Source: a virus
IMG/VR virus record: IMGVR_UViG_3300047297_000301
Coordinates: 35,691-99,690 of that record
Strand: one strand, 5' to 3'
Length of the DNA: 64,000 bases
Part shown: one piece after another, positions 48,217 through 56,498 of the stretch
How positions within the stretch are numbered: position 1 is the first letter of the stretch
How the letters are laid out: every line of letters begins with the position of its first letter
The notes under the pieces: generated by a model
Told to the model about the DNA's origin: nothing
What the model saw: only the letters and a program-made list of their open reading frames with translations
The model's database searches: none
Made by a program: the position numbers and the translations under genes

Positions 48217-48496
48217 ACATAAGACAGCAACAGAAGACTCAATGCTGTACAATCACAGCGAGCGTTATACCTCAGAAACCATTACCCAAAGTTACTCTTG
48301 TGGTCGCATAGATGTTCGTGGCATACCCGACCAGCCTTATGGTGATGAAATTGGAGTACCCCCTATGCTGTCAGAAGACTGGCGAAGATTTGGCGATTGG
48401 CTAGACGATGTGCAGACCATGAGTGTATGGACATTACAAGACTTGGTTGCTGCATACCAACAACACAACCCCAAAATAACATGGGAAACTCAATGA
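48140..48496 (+). CDS. hypothetical protein
   Basis: ORF in operon. Confidence 0.5.
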   Translation: MITYSTNWMGPVSMQWYRDRGLTQVEHKTATEDSMLYNHSERYTSETITQSYSCGRIDVRGIPDQPYGDEIGVPPMLSEDWRRFGDWLDDVQTMSVWTLQDLVAAYQQHNPKITWETQ

Positions 48497-48693
48497 ACCA
48501 ACTACACTTAAACAAAACAGAACTCAAGGAAATCCTAGAATTTGCTAGCAAGTACTCGGATGTACACATGGTTACCCTCCATTGGGATAGTTCCAGTGGC
48601 ATTGGCAAAACACTTCAAGCTGAGTTGCGAACATACATCCACGACGACTATGTAACCATCACTAAAACAATCACGGATTACACATCATGGTAG
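48493..48693 (+). CDS. hypothetical protein
   Basis: DSSSGIG..ITDYTSW motif. Confidence 0.55.
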   Translation: MNQLHLNKTELKEILEFASKYSDVHMVTLHWDSSSGIGKTLQAELRTYIHDDYVTITKTITDYTSW

Positions 48694-48917
48694 ACATTAA
48701 ACTGTTGGTTACTCAAGCAACCACAAGCACAGGCAGGCTAGACCTACAACTTTACACAAACCTAGTATTACTAGAAGCCTGCAGGCTCGTCAAGGAGACG
48801 CCAACGACTGCAGCATTTACAACCTTTGATGAAGCGGTTGCCATATCACAACGAGCCGATTGCTTCAAGCAAATATACAATCAAATCACAGAAAGCTTTG
48901 AACATGGAAATTCCTAA
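48687..48917 (+). CDS. hypothetical protein
   Basis: coupled ORF. Confidence 0.5.
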   Translation: MVDIKLLVTQATTSTGRLDLQLYTNLVLLEACRLVKETPTTAAFTTFDEAVAISQRADCFKQIYNQITESFEHGNS

Positions 48918-49257
48918 GTATACCCTGCCGCAATATGCAGCACTCAAATCCCCAACTCAAGAGGTACAGGCAGCAACGCCAAACCTACCACCTACAAGCC
49001 TCCGTCAAGCACAAACCAACTATCTCTTAGATAAACTGCAGGAGGAAGCAGCTGAGGTAATTCAAGCGGTTTCTAAAATCCGCAGGTTTGGTGAGAACTC
49101 CAGTCATCCTGACAGGACTACCTCCAACAAACAGGAGCTGGTTACCGAATTGGAAGATTTTCTTGCAATTCTCGCAGCCTTAGAATACTCAAAGTACCTA
49201 GACCTTAAACCGCAGCAATCAAATATCTTGGCCAAGACACAACAGCTCTTACGCTAA
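48904..49257 (+). CDS. MazG-like NTP pyrophosphohydrolase-fold protein
   Basis: LQEEAAEVIQAVSKI.RFG..ELEDF. Confidence 0.7.
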   Translation: MEIPKYTLPQYAALKSPTQEVQAATPNLPPTSLRQAQTNYLLDKLQEEAAEVIQAVSKIRRFGENSSHPDRTTSNKQELVTELEDFLAILAALEYSKYLDLKPQQSNILAKTQQLLR

Positions 49258-49532
49258 ATTGCCCTTACAACTAGACCAGACCCTGATCTCCACTGTGTGC
49301 TACAAAGCAAAATCTAGTTTCCCACAACTGTGCAGCAAGATATTGAAAAAGCTTGCACTATTGTGCTGGAAGTAGTATAATTAACACATACCACAAACTG
49401 TTATAATTATTATAACAAAAACACTAAAAGAAAAAAATTTTACACTCCAGAACATGAGCATTGATAAAAATACCACTTGCTTTTTAAAATTTTTGTGTTA
49501 TAATATATGTATAGATTCTAGAGAAGAGATAA

Positions 49533-49641
49533 ATCTGGTGTGCTTGCACTGACCCAACCCCATGAGGAGTTATAGTGAAACCTTACACTATTACGACGAA
49601 TTGATGCGGTTTAGGGTCATAGTTCAAGTGCACACATGGAT
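49533..49641 (+). ncRNA. candidate rod-shaped RNA / structured leader
   Basis: long interrupted hairpin with central bubble downstream of TTGCTT-N16-TATAAT promoter. Confidence 0.45.
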
Positions 49642-49725
49642 AACACTGTTCAATGAGGACTACTATTTTTTGTTGCATGTGCAACATTTCTTTTTTTAAA
49701 CACTTATAAAGTGAGGTTTTTACCT

Positions 49726-50739
49726 ATGCGATATCAAACAAGAACAATTACCCGGGAACTGAAATCTGTGCCATTTGACAAGGCTTTCCGACTCTGTGAG
49801 GATGCAGCGGCCTTGGCGGTTGCAACCCAACAGCAAATCCTAGACGACCAATTTAATGCTGAAGTAGCCAGACTAGAGCAGGAGTATGCAGACTCCCACG
49901 AAGCCCCTAGTGAAACAAGCTTTGCAGATCAAGTTGCTGACCCTAAATTGGACAGACCAAAAGTAGCTAAGCAGGCACGACAAAGGGCTCTTGTAGAAGA
50001 GTTTATTCCACAGTATGGATTGGATACTACCTTGCAATTATATACCATGCCTGAAATTATTCGCTGGATTGCCAGAAACTACTCAGAACAGTGGCTATCG
50101 GAGATTTTAACAGCTGAGGGTCAGATAGATGGTAAGAAAGCAGCTAATGCTATTTTTGACTTCTCTCAAGACTGGGATAAAGGACTCTACTTCTTTTTAA
50201 TGCTAGATGCTAGAAGCAGCTACATTAAAACACAGTACAAAGGCGATGGTAGGAATTACTGTAGTTTAGTTCCCTTAATTCCTTATGCTTTTAAATTACT
50301 ACACTCTATTCCATACTCGAAGTGGGATAAGTCTACTCTTCACATGGTAGTTAATGAAAGTTTATGCAACTCTATGTTATGTGAAGTACCTGAAACAACA
50401 CGAGAAGAGTTACTTGAAATTCGAGAGTTGGGACTAGTATTTAAGACTGGTGAAAAAGCAGGCACAACAAGAAACGCAGCTTCAACATACCGACTAACTG
50501 GTGTTAATTCTACAAAAATCGGTGGATTACCTGAATTAGCACAGACTATGCTCACACAAATCTGGTGTGCTCACCCAACCAATAGAACCAAGTACATGGT
50601 TCTAGACCCACATAACTGGGACGCAATCCCATCCCCTTTAGTTGCAGAGCAGTTGTTTGCACCTATTGTAAAAGAAAAGTCAAGTCGTAAAAAGCCTGGT
50701 TCAGATGATAATAGCTACGACTTACCCTGGAATTTATAA
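49726..50739 (+). CDS. hypothetical protein
   Basis: 337-aa ORF, RBS GAGG, acidic DLPW tail. Confidence 0.65.
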   Translation: MRYQTRTITRELKSVPFDKAFRLCEDAAALAVATQQQILDDQFNAEVARLEQEYADSHEAPSETSFADQVADPKLDRPKVAKQARQRALVEEFIPQYGLDTTLQLYTMPEIIRWIARNYSEQWLSEILTAEGQIDGKKAANAIFDFSQDWDKGLYFFLMLDARSSYIKTQYKGDGRNYCSLVPLIPYAFKLLHSIPYSKWDKSTLHMVVNESLCNSMLCEVPETTREELLEIRELGLVFKTGEKAGTTRNAASTYRLTGVNSTKIGGLPELAQTMLTQIWCAHPTNRTKYMVLDPHNWDAIPSPLVAEQLFAPIVKEKSSRKKPGSDDNSYDLPWNL

Positions 50740-50740
50740 C

Positions 50741-51103
50741 ATGAAGTATACTAAAGAAATCACAGATAAATTGATCACAGACTATAGACTAGGTGTACCT
50801 GTAGCCACAATTGCTACAGAATTAGATGTACCCGAACGTAGTGTTATTGCTAAATTGAGCTCTCTGGGCGTCTACCTCAAAAAATCGTATGTCAACAAGC
50901 GTGGTGAGGTCCCAGTAAAAAAATCCGAGCACATCGAACGCATTGCACAATTGCTGGAGGTAGATGAGGAGACCTTGGAGTCCTTGGAGAAGGTCAACAA
51001 GCAGGTGCTTAAATTAATCGAGCACCGTTTGCAACACTCTGACCCTAAACCGCCCAAATCAGCACAAGCTCGCACAGAATCAGACTTATTTGCACTTAAT
51101 TGA
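50741..51103 (+). CDS. T5 A2-like DNA-binding protein (paralog 1)
   Basis: YT.E.T..L..DY..G..V..IA..L....RSVIAKLS..GVY.KK..KK..I...L.....ESLEK. Confidence 0.65.
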   Translation: MKYTKEITDKLITDYRLGVPVATIATELDVPERSVIAKLSSLGVYLKKSYVNKRGEVPVKKSEHIERIAQLLEVDEETLESLEKVNKQVLKLIEHRLQHSDPKPPKSAQARTESDLFALN

Positions 51104-51135
51104 CCCAGAACTGCGCTAAATCGGCCTAATCGAAG

Positions 51136-51171
51136 AAAAGCCCACTTAAATTGCTTTAAGTGGGCTTTTTT
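51136..51171 (+). terminator. intrinsic terminator
   Basis: AAAAGCCCACTTAAA-TTGC-TTTAAGTGGGCTTTTTT. Confidence 0.85.
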
Positions 51172-51244
51172 GCGTGTGTTTCTCAGGGTGCTGAAACTGT
51201 GTGCATTTGCTGCAGCTTAGGGTCAGAGAGCTGAGAATTCACAC

Positions 51245-51345
51245 TTGACAAGTTTTTGCACTCTAGAGTATAATGGCGCCAGCAGCAACCGCAAAAAATT
51301 TTAAGCAAAACAAAAGCCCCTACAACTTTCGCTGTAGGGGCTTTT
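51245..51345 (+). promoter_or_regulatory. orphan sigma70 promoter followed ~35 nt later by a terminator
   Basis: TTGACA-N18-TATAAT-GGCGCC then GCCCCTACA..TGTAGGGGC-TTTT. Confidence 0.7.
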
Positions 51346-51689
51346 GAAATATCCTTCGAAGTATAGGGAACACCGATATTTTTTAACTCTAGCAGGACTA
51401 TTAAGGTAATCAACCAGCCTGACCCTAAACTGTGGCAGTTGCCACATGCAGCCTTGGGTGATGAATCCCGCGCGAAGCTGTCTAGGTGAGTGTTGCACGT
51501 TTCAGTTTTCAACTGGGAACTCCCTGTCGAAAATATCCGTGGCTAACATAGTTTTGTGTGGTTGCGCACAACTGTTTTTTCAATTATTTTTACGACCCGC
51601 CACAGTTTAGGGTCAGTGATTTCGTGCAGTTGTCTCTGACTGGATATATTTTATGCACCCTCCGCAGTTTAGGGTCATTTCGCACCATT

Positions 51690-52185
51690 ATTTAAGCACC
51701 CGTAGCTAGGTCTTGTGCGCCTTTACAGAATGGTTTGCGCAACACCACTCAGTCGCTAGCGGGATTAGCCCGCATTACAGGATAAGTGTCCTGCTCTTTG
51801 GTTTAGATGATAGCTGTATTTATTTAAGGAGTTCTTTCTCCCCGAGTTCCTATAATATATGTTACTCTGAACCATTTCCTAGTTTAAGTAACGTACTCAT
51901 AGAGGAGTCGGCATGGGATAGAGGCGGGACATGCTGCCTAGTACTACTACTTTCCTAACACCAGCAAGTGGTACACGCTAGGGGTTTCGTCCTGACCCTA
52001 AGGTACAGCAGGTTGGGAGTTGGGAACTCTCCGTGACCGTGCTGTGAAGTCTTGGGTTTCGCCGAAATTACATCGGCTCATCAGAGGATTATAAAGGGCT
52101 GCAACTTAAGACCTTCAGTCGCAATTAAAAACTTATCCAGTTCTAGGAGAGCTGGTCTTGGTTTACCCATATTCTGCAATTTATA
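51690..52185 (-). ncRNA. large structured non-coding transcript containing a hammerhead ribozyme
   Basis: promoter at 52190-52218, no credible ORF, more than 10 hairpins. Confidence 0.65.
51990..52088 (-). ncRNA. hammerhead ribozyme (type I topology)
   Basis: UCCU-CUGAUGA-GCCGA/UCGGC-GAAA-CCC...GGG-UC^AGGA; all core nucleotides and three stems. Confidence 0.8.
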
Positions 52186-52189
52186 AGTA

Positions 52190-52218
52190 ATTATACACGA
52201 TTTGCACAACTACTTCAA
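52190..52218 (-). promoter_or_regulatory. sigma70 promoter driving ncRNA
   Basis: minus TTGAAG-N17-TATAAT. Confidence 0.7.
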
Positions 52219-52360
52219 GTAAGAAATTAGACACTCGTTGCAATCAGACTACTCACAAAACAGACTATTGATAAGTTGAAGATTTGAGGTGAGATTCATT
52301 TGCAGACGGACACCAACTTGCATTGGTATTCATTAAGCCCTTCCCGACTGTCTAATATAT

Positions 52361-52389
52361 ATTATACTTGAAAAACAGTTGAAGATCAA
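52361..52389 (-). promoter_or_regulatory. sigma70 promoter
   Basis: minus TTGATC-N17-TATAAT. Confidence 0.65.
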
Positions 52390-52420
52390 GTCAATATTTT
52401 TTGACCCTCAACTGCTGCAA

Positions 52421-52729
52421 TCAACGCAGGTTTTGGAGGATTGCTTCCAGTACTTCGTGGTTGGCTTTCTCTAGTGAGTCGAAAGTCTCTGGAGCAACAC
52501 CAACTCGGTTGGCGATTGCGTCAACAAGGTCAGCCTTCTTGACACGAGCAACACCAGAGGCTTTGTTCTTGGCTTGGTAAACTCCTTCTCTGGAGAGTTT
52601 TGCTACCACTGAGCGAGTGGTCTTGCCAAACATTGTTGCCAATGTTTCGACAGTAGCGCCAGCTTTGTAGTTGGCAACGAGCTGAGCGGTTTGCTCAGGG
52701 GTATAGTTTACGGGTTGGTTAGTCATCAT
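52421..52729 (-). CDS. T5 A2-like DNA-binding protein (paralog 2)
   Basis: NYTPEQT..KTTRSVVAKLSREGVY..KKAD..DSLEKAN. Confidence 0.7.
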   Translation of the reverse strand: MMTNQPVNYTPEQTAQLVANYKAGATVETLATMFGKTTRSVVAKLSREGVYQAKNKASGVARVKKADLVDAIANRVGVAPETFDSLEKANHEVLEAILQNLR

Positions 52730-52776
52730 ATGTCCTTTCAAATGGTTTCTGCGCTGTTTAAGATATAATTATACTA

Positions 52777-52911
52777 TTAAAAGGGAACATCGTCAAATTC
52801 AAAAAATTCGGGGTGTGTGTTGGTATCTACAAAAACTTCCAATAGTTCCGTGCCAGCAAATTCGCGGAAGTAGTCTTCCTGAATTTGTGCGTAAAATTCA
52901 TGTTCTGTCAT
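52777..52911 (-). CDS. 44-aa acidic peptide ending FDDVPF
   Basis: RBS AAAGGA, own promoter TTGTCC-N17-TATAAT; below track cutoff. Confidence 0.6.
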   Translation of the reverse strand: MTEHEFYAQIQEDYFREFAGTELLEVFVDTNTHPEFFEFDDVPF

Positions 52912-53009
52912 CTCAGAGTCCTTTCTGTCTAATATGTATTATTATACAAAATTTCAAAAAATTGGACAAGTGCGAAGTTTTTGATGTGAGCTGGCCGCCG
53001 CTGAAAATA

Positions 53010-53240
53010 CACTTGACAACACAAGGTTTACCACTGTATAATCGGCGCACACGTACCACCGCGGAAAATTCCTCAAGTTTTTGCACTGGCGCAGAATTTT
53101 TCTGCGCCCAAGTAGTACGAAAGTAGTAGTCGCTTCAAGCAACCGTTGTTTTTATGCCACACCAATTTTGGCGCCGCGAAGTGAGTGCTCACTTCGCTTT
53201 GAGATAATAAAAAGCCGATTATAAATAATCGGCTTATAAT
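53010..53240. repeat. modular palindrome cassette 1
   Basis: orphan promoter and motifs F, A, B, C (see findings). Confidence 0.75.
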
Positions 53241-53250
53241 CATTATCTGA

Positions 53251-53571
53251 TTATATTGGCTTTGAATTAGCCAATGCTTCGAAAATCACTTTTAAAGCAT
53301 TTTTATTTGCTTTAGTTAATGATTCAATATCATTTTCGGGTAATCTCAAAATCGCCCCAATAGCGTCTGCGTGAATATCTTTTTTAACCGCAGATTCTCC
53401 GTTTTTGGTTTTATATTCTTTTTTAATATAAACCTTTTCTCGAGATAATTTAGCAACAATACTCCGAACAGTTTTTCCGAGATTATCTGCGATAATCTCG
53501 ACAGATAATCCGCTCTGATAATCAGAGATAATCTGAGCAGTTTGCTCAGGGGTGTAATTAATCGTTTTCAT
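53251..53571 (-). CDS. T5 A2-like DNA-binding protein (paralog 3)
   Basis: NYTPEQT..GKTVRSIVAKLSREKVY. Confidence 0.7.
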   Translation of the reverse strand: MKTINYTPEQTAQIISDYQSGLSVEIIADNLGKTVRSIVAKLSREKVYIKKEYKTKNGESAVKKDIHADAIGAILRLPENDIESLTKANKNALKVIFEALANSKPI

Positions 53572-53582
53572 TTATTTTCTCC

Positions 53583-53816
53583 TTAAAATGAATTATATAA
53601 ACCAAGGATATTAGCCAAAAAGAATGTGCCATTAAGGGTAACTAATGATTTATCTTTTCGATAATATCCAACCATTAACCAAGATAATGATCCTATAATA
53701 AAGAAACAATATCCTAGAAAAAATAATTTACTGGCAACAATAAATGCGCCAATAATGCTTGATATAGTCCCAATCCATGAAACTATATTTAGTAATTGAA
53801 TAATATTAAAAATCAT
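53583..53816 (-). CDS. small multi-pass membrane protein
   Basis: three hydrophobic helices. Confidence 0.6.
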   Translation of the reverse strand: MIFNIIQLLNIVSWIGTISSIIGAFIVASKLFFLGYCFFIIGSLSWLMVGYYRKDKSLVTLNGTFFLANILGLYNSF

Positions 53817-54190
53817 GGTTTTACTTTCATATAATGATATGGATTATCTTCTAAACCATAGTTAATCATTATCTCACGCCATTTATTACCATGACCGCAT
53901 TTTGCTTCTGATAATCCAAACAGATTATAATCGGCTTGGTGGATTATCTCATGGGGCAAGATAATATTAGTCATAGTTTTTGCATAATCGGGAGAATATG
54001 TAAAAAACAAATAACCTAATTCAACTAGATTATCTTCCTGATGGCATCTGCCAGCAGTCCGATATAATCTAGCATTAACTTTGATAATCGGAGGATTATA
54101 TTTAGTTAATCGGGGATATAATTCGCACAGATTATCCCAAATAATCAAGGTCTGATTATTTAGTTGTTTTGTAAGCTGTTTTCTGTCCAT
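53813..54190 (-). CDS. SprT-like zinc metalloprotease
   Basis: N.RL..TAG, HEIIH, GHG..W..IM motifs. Confidence 0.8.
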   Translation of the reverse strand: MDRKQLTKQLNNQTLIIWDNLCELYPRLTKYNPPIIKVNARLYRTAGRCHQEDNLVELGYLFFTYSPDYAKTMTNIILPHEIIHQADYNLFGLSEAKCGHGNKWREIMINYGLEDNPYHYMKVKP

Positions 54191-54217
54191 AGCCAAATTT
54201 TACACGATTTTTAGGGC

Positions 54218-54329
54218 AAAAACATAGGGGTTTACCCTTGTGGTTTTTTTACAACGGTCGCTTTAAGCGACCGTTGTTTTTTAACAACATACTTTGGTTT
54301 TCAATTTGACTTGAAAACCAAAGTATTCA
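54218..54329. repeat. modular palindrome cassette 2
   Basis: motifs E, B, A (27-bp palindrome), paired D. Confidence 0.75.
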
Positions 54330-54572
54330 TTTTGATTTTATTTTATAATAAATAATAACTGATAAAAATAATAAATTAGCAGAATAATTAAATAATAAAG
54401 GTAAATCCATTTTAGGGAATACATATATTATTGTGAATATCTCGCCAATAAACCACATTGAAATAAATCCCCAAGTTAATCCCTCGGAGGATTTTGTTTT
54501 ATATGATTCTATTGCTTGCGGTAATCCGCAAAATGCTAATAATATTGAACCAATCCAACCTATATTTTCCAT
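54327..54572 (-). CDS. PQ-loop/SemiSWEET-like 3-TM protein
   Basis: IGWIG..LLA...LPQA...YKTKSSEGL..F..W..G and P...NY..N. Confidence 0.75.
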   Translation of the reverse strand: MENIGWIGSILLAFCGLPQAIESYKTKSSEGLTWGFISMWFIGEIFTIIYVFPKMDLPLLFNYSANLLFLSVIIYYKIKSK

Positions 54573-54577
54573 TTTGA

Positions 54578-55273
54578 TTATGCCTTAAAATTATCTCTTA
54601 CTTGAAACTTATTCCAATCATAAGGAATAATATTATCTTGCCAATTACGTTTTTTGATTATGTGCGTGAGAATAGGTAATTCAAAATCTCGGGCATCTTC
54701 TAATGCGGTATGAGGCTCGATAATCAAATTATTATTAATATAACCGCAAACCATTTCAGCATTAGTTTTAAATGTCATATTGCCATGCTTAGTAACATTA
54801 TTAAAACCGTGATTATCTAAACAGAATTGTTTATATTTTTTGGTTTTGCAGATATTACCAACTGAGGCTTGCCATAAGCAGAATTTATTATTAAACCCTG
54901 ATAAATCAATTCCAGTATTAGCGCATTTATTAATATCAAAAGCGAGATTATATGCAGTAAGTGTAGGATTATATTTGCCGATTGCCTGATTAATCCATTT
55001 ATTAATAGCAGAAACTGACGCAATCATTCTAATACCATTTTCTAACATGGCAATATAACCCATTTTGCGCTTAGTTAATCCCTGATAACCCCAAATATCA
55101 TTTGCATTTTTATCATGGAATAATTCCATAGTATTATAATGCCCATTAACTAATACCGCACATTGATTATATATATTACCCTCACGATCACAGATAATCA
55201 TGGCAAAATCTGCCACAGTATCGCCCATTGTAGTTTCGGTGTCTAGAATACAAAAGTATTGCTTTTTTGCCAT
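54578..55273 (-). CDS. DEDDh 3'-5' exonuclease
   Basis: LDTETT, AYNLAFD and HTALEDA motifs. Confidence 0.8.
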   Translation of the reverse strand: MAKKQYFCILDTETTMGDTVADFAMIICDREGNIYNQCAVLVNGHYNTMELFHDKNANDIWGYQGLTKRKMGYIAMLENGIRMIASVSAINKWINQAIGKYNPTLTAYNLAFDINKCANTGIDLSGFNNKFCLWQASVGNICKTKKYKQFCLDNHGFNNVTKHGNMTFKTNAEMVCGYINNNLIIEPHTALEDARDFELPILTHIIKKRNWQDNIIPYDWNKFQVRDNFKA

Positions 55274-55324
55274 ATAGCCCTTTATTGGTAGAATCCGATT
55301 ATAGCAGAAAAAATTAATAGCCCA

Positions 55325-55495
55325 TGTTGTATTTTAATCACACACAAAAAATAAGTTATTAAAAAAACTTGACACGCCCCAATTTTATGTGATAAAATTG
55401 GCGCCGACTGTGGTTTAAAAACAACAGTCGCTTTAAGCGACCAGTTAAAATTGAAAACCTGAGTATTCAATTTTTGCTGGAAACAAAAGTATTCA
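55325..55495. repeat. modular palindrome cassette 3
   Basis: B, orphan promoter, B, A, paired D. Confidence 0.75.
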
Positions 55496-55645
55496 TTTGT
55501 CCATAATGAATCTTTTATATTCTTGCATATTATTGTGATAATCCCAAGTACCCAGCATTAATAATGGCAAGATAATAGTTACTAAAATCTTATCAGGTCT
55601 AGCAAATATAAAATGCCAGATTATCTGCGAAAATGTTTTAATCAT
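55493..55645 (-). CDS. small membrane protein (50 aa)
   Basis: RBS GGAG; TAATG coupling. Confidence 0.5.
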   Translation of the reverse strand: MIKTFSQIIWHFIFARPDKILVTIILPLLMLGTWDYHNNMQEYKRFIMDK

Positions 55646-55797
55646 TAATGTGTTCTCCGAGTTAATATATCTAAAATCTGTCTTAATGGTATTTGCATTA
55701 TATCTACAATATCATAAAGATTATAGCCTTCGGCTAAAAAATCTTTAATTAATGTTTCGGCATAATCAATATTAATGCCCTTGTTTACTTGGTACAT
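55645..55797 (-). CDS. small HTH-like protein (50 aa)
   Basis: MYQVNKGINIDYAETLIKDFLAEGYNLYDIVDIMQIPLRQILDILTRRTH. Confidence 0.45.
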   Translation of the reverse strand: MYQVNKGINIDYAETLIKDFLAEGYNLYDIVDIMQIPLRQILDILTRRTH

Positions 55798-56248
55798 ATA
55801 CACCCCTTATATTAAATCTGTCACAAACCGCTTTTAGATAATCTGTATTATCTTCGTAAAATGTAAATTCAGCATCTTTAAATGTAATCAAATTAAAGAA
55901 TTTAGCCAAACCATTAATTTTTAATAAACCACCAGAGATATTAGAATTCTCAGGTCTTGAAATAATATAATCAGGTTCACCCAATATCTGATTAATAAAT
56001 GTATAATCAGGGGTATTAAGAACACGGGCAGTAGCAATAATGACATAACACGATTCATCTTTTAAATCCATTTTATATTGTTCGGCTAATGGTAACAGAG
56101 AATCATTTAATGCTAAATCCTGATTTTCTCTCCAGTAATTTAAATCTATTCTCTCGCCATTTTCATCTACGATTGTGCGGTATCTGTGCAAACTGCAAAC
56201 AATAGTTCCATCCATATCATAAATTGAAACCTTTTTAATTTTAGCCAT
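55772..56248 (-). CDS. HAD-superfamily phosphatase
   Basis: IYDMDGT motif I, TAR, K and YEDN. Confidence 0.8.
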   Translation of the reverse strand: MAKIKKVSIYDMDGTIVCSLHRYRTIVDENGERIDLNYWRENQDLALNDSLLPLAEQYKMDLKDESCYVIIATARVLNTPDYTFINQILGEPDYIISRPENSNISGGLLKINGLAKFFNLITFKDAEFTFYEDNTDYLKAVCDRFNIRGVYVPSKQGH

Positions 56249-56305
56249 TCTGTAATCCTTTTCTGTATTCTGTGATTATACACAAAAAACCGCCCAAAAA
56301 CCCTG

Positions 56306-56498
56306 CGTGCAAAAATACAACATAGGGGTTTATCCCTATTGACACGGGCTCAATTATACTAGTATAATTGGCGCAAACTGTTGCTAAAAAGCAACAGTCG
56401 CTTGAAGCGACCACATTTAGCGAAGTGAGTACTTACTTCGCTGCGGCGCAGACTTGAATACCTGAGTATTCAATTTTTTCTGCAAACCTTGGTATTCA
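56306..56498. repeat. modular palindrome cassette 4
   Basis: B, E, orphan promoter, B, A, C, paired D. Confidence 0.8.

Larger units (their letters stand above)
51040..52414. repeat. cluster of TGACCCTAAACTG-like motifs
   Basis: 8 copies in both orientations. Confidence 0.75.

Noticed and set aside
51650-51725. Pistol ribozyme (hairpin-UUAAAUA...CCCUAA on minus strand)
   Set aside because: Loop lacks the UUAGGG needed for the pseudoknot and the GCG/GU core does not fit
51183-51958. ORFs 51183-51512, 51301-51498, 51713-51958
   Set aside because: No RBS, implausible composition, overlap promoters, terminators and RNA structure
55408-55427. LexA SOS boxes (CTGT...ACAG)
   Set aside because: Spacing is N12, not N8
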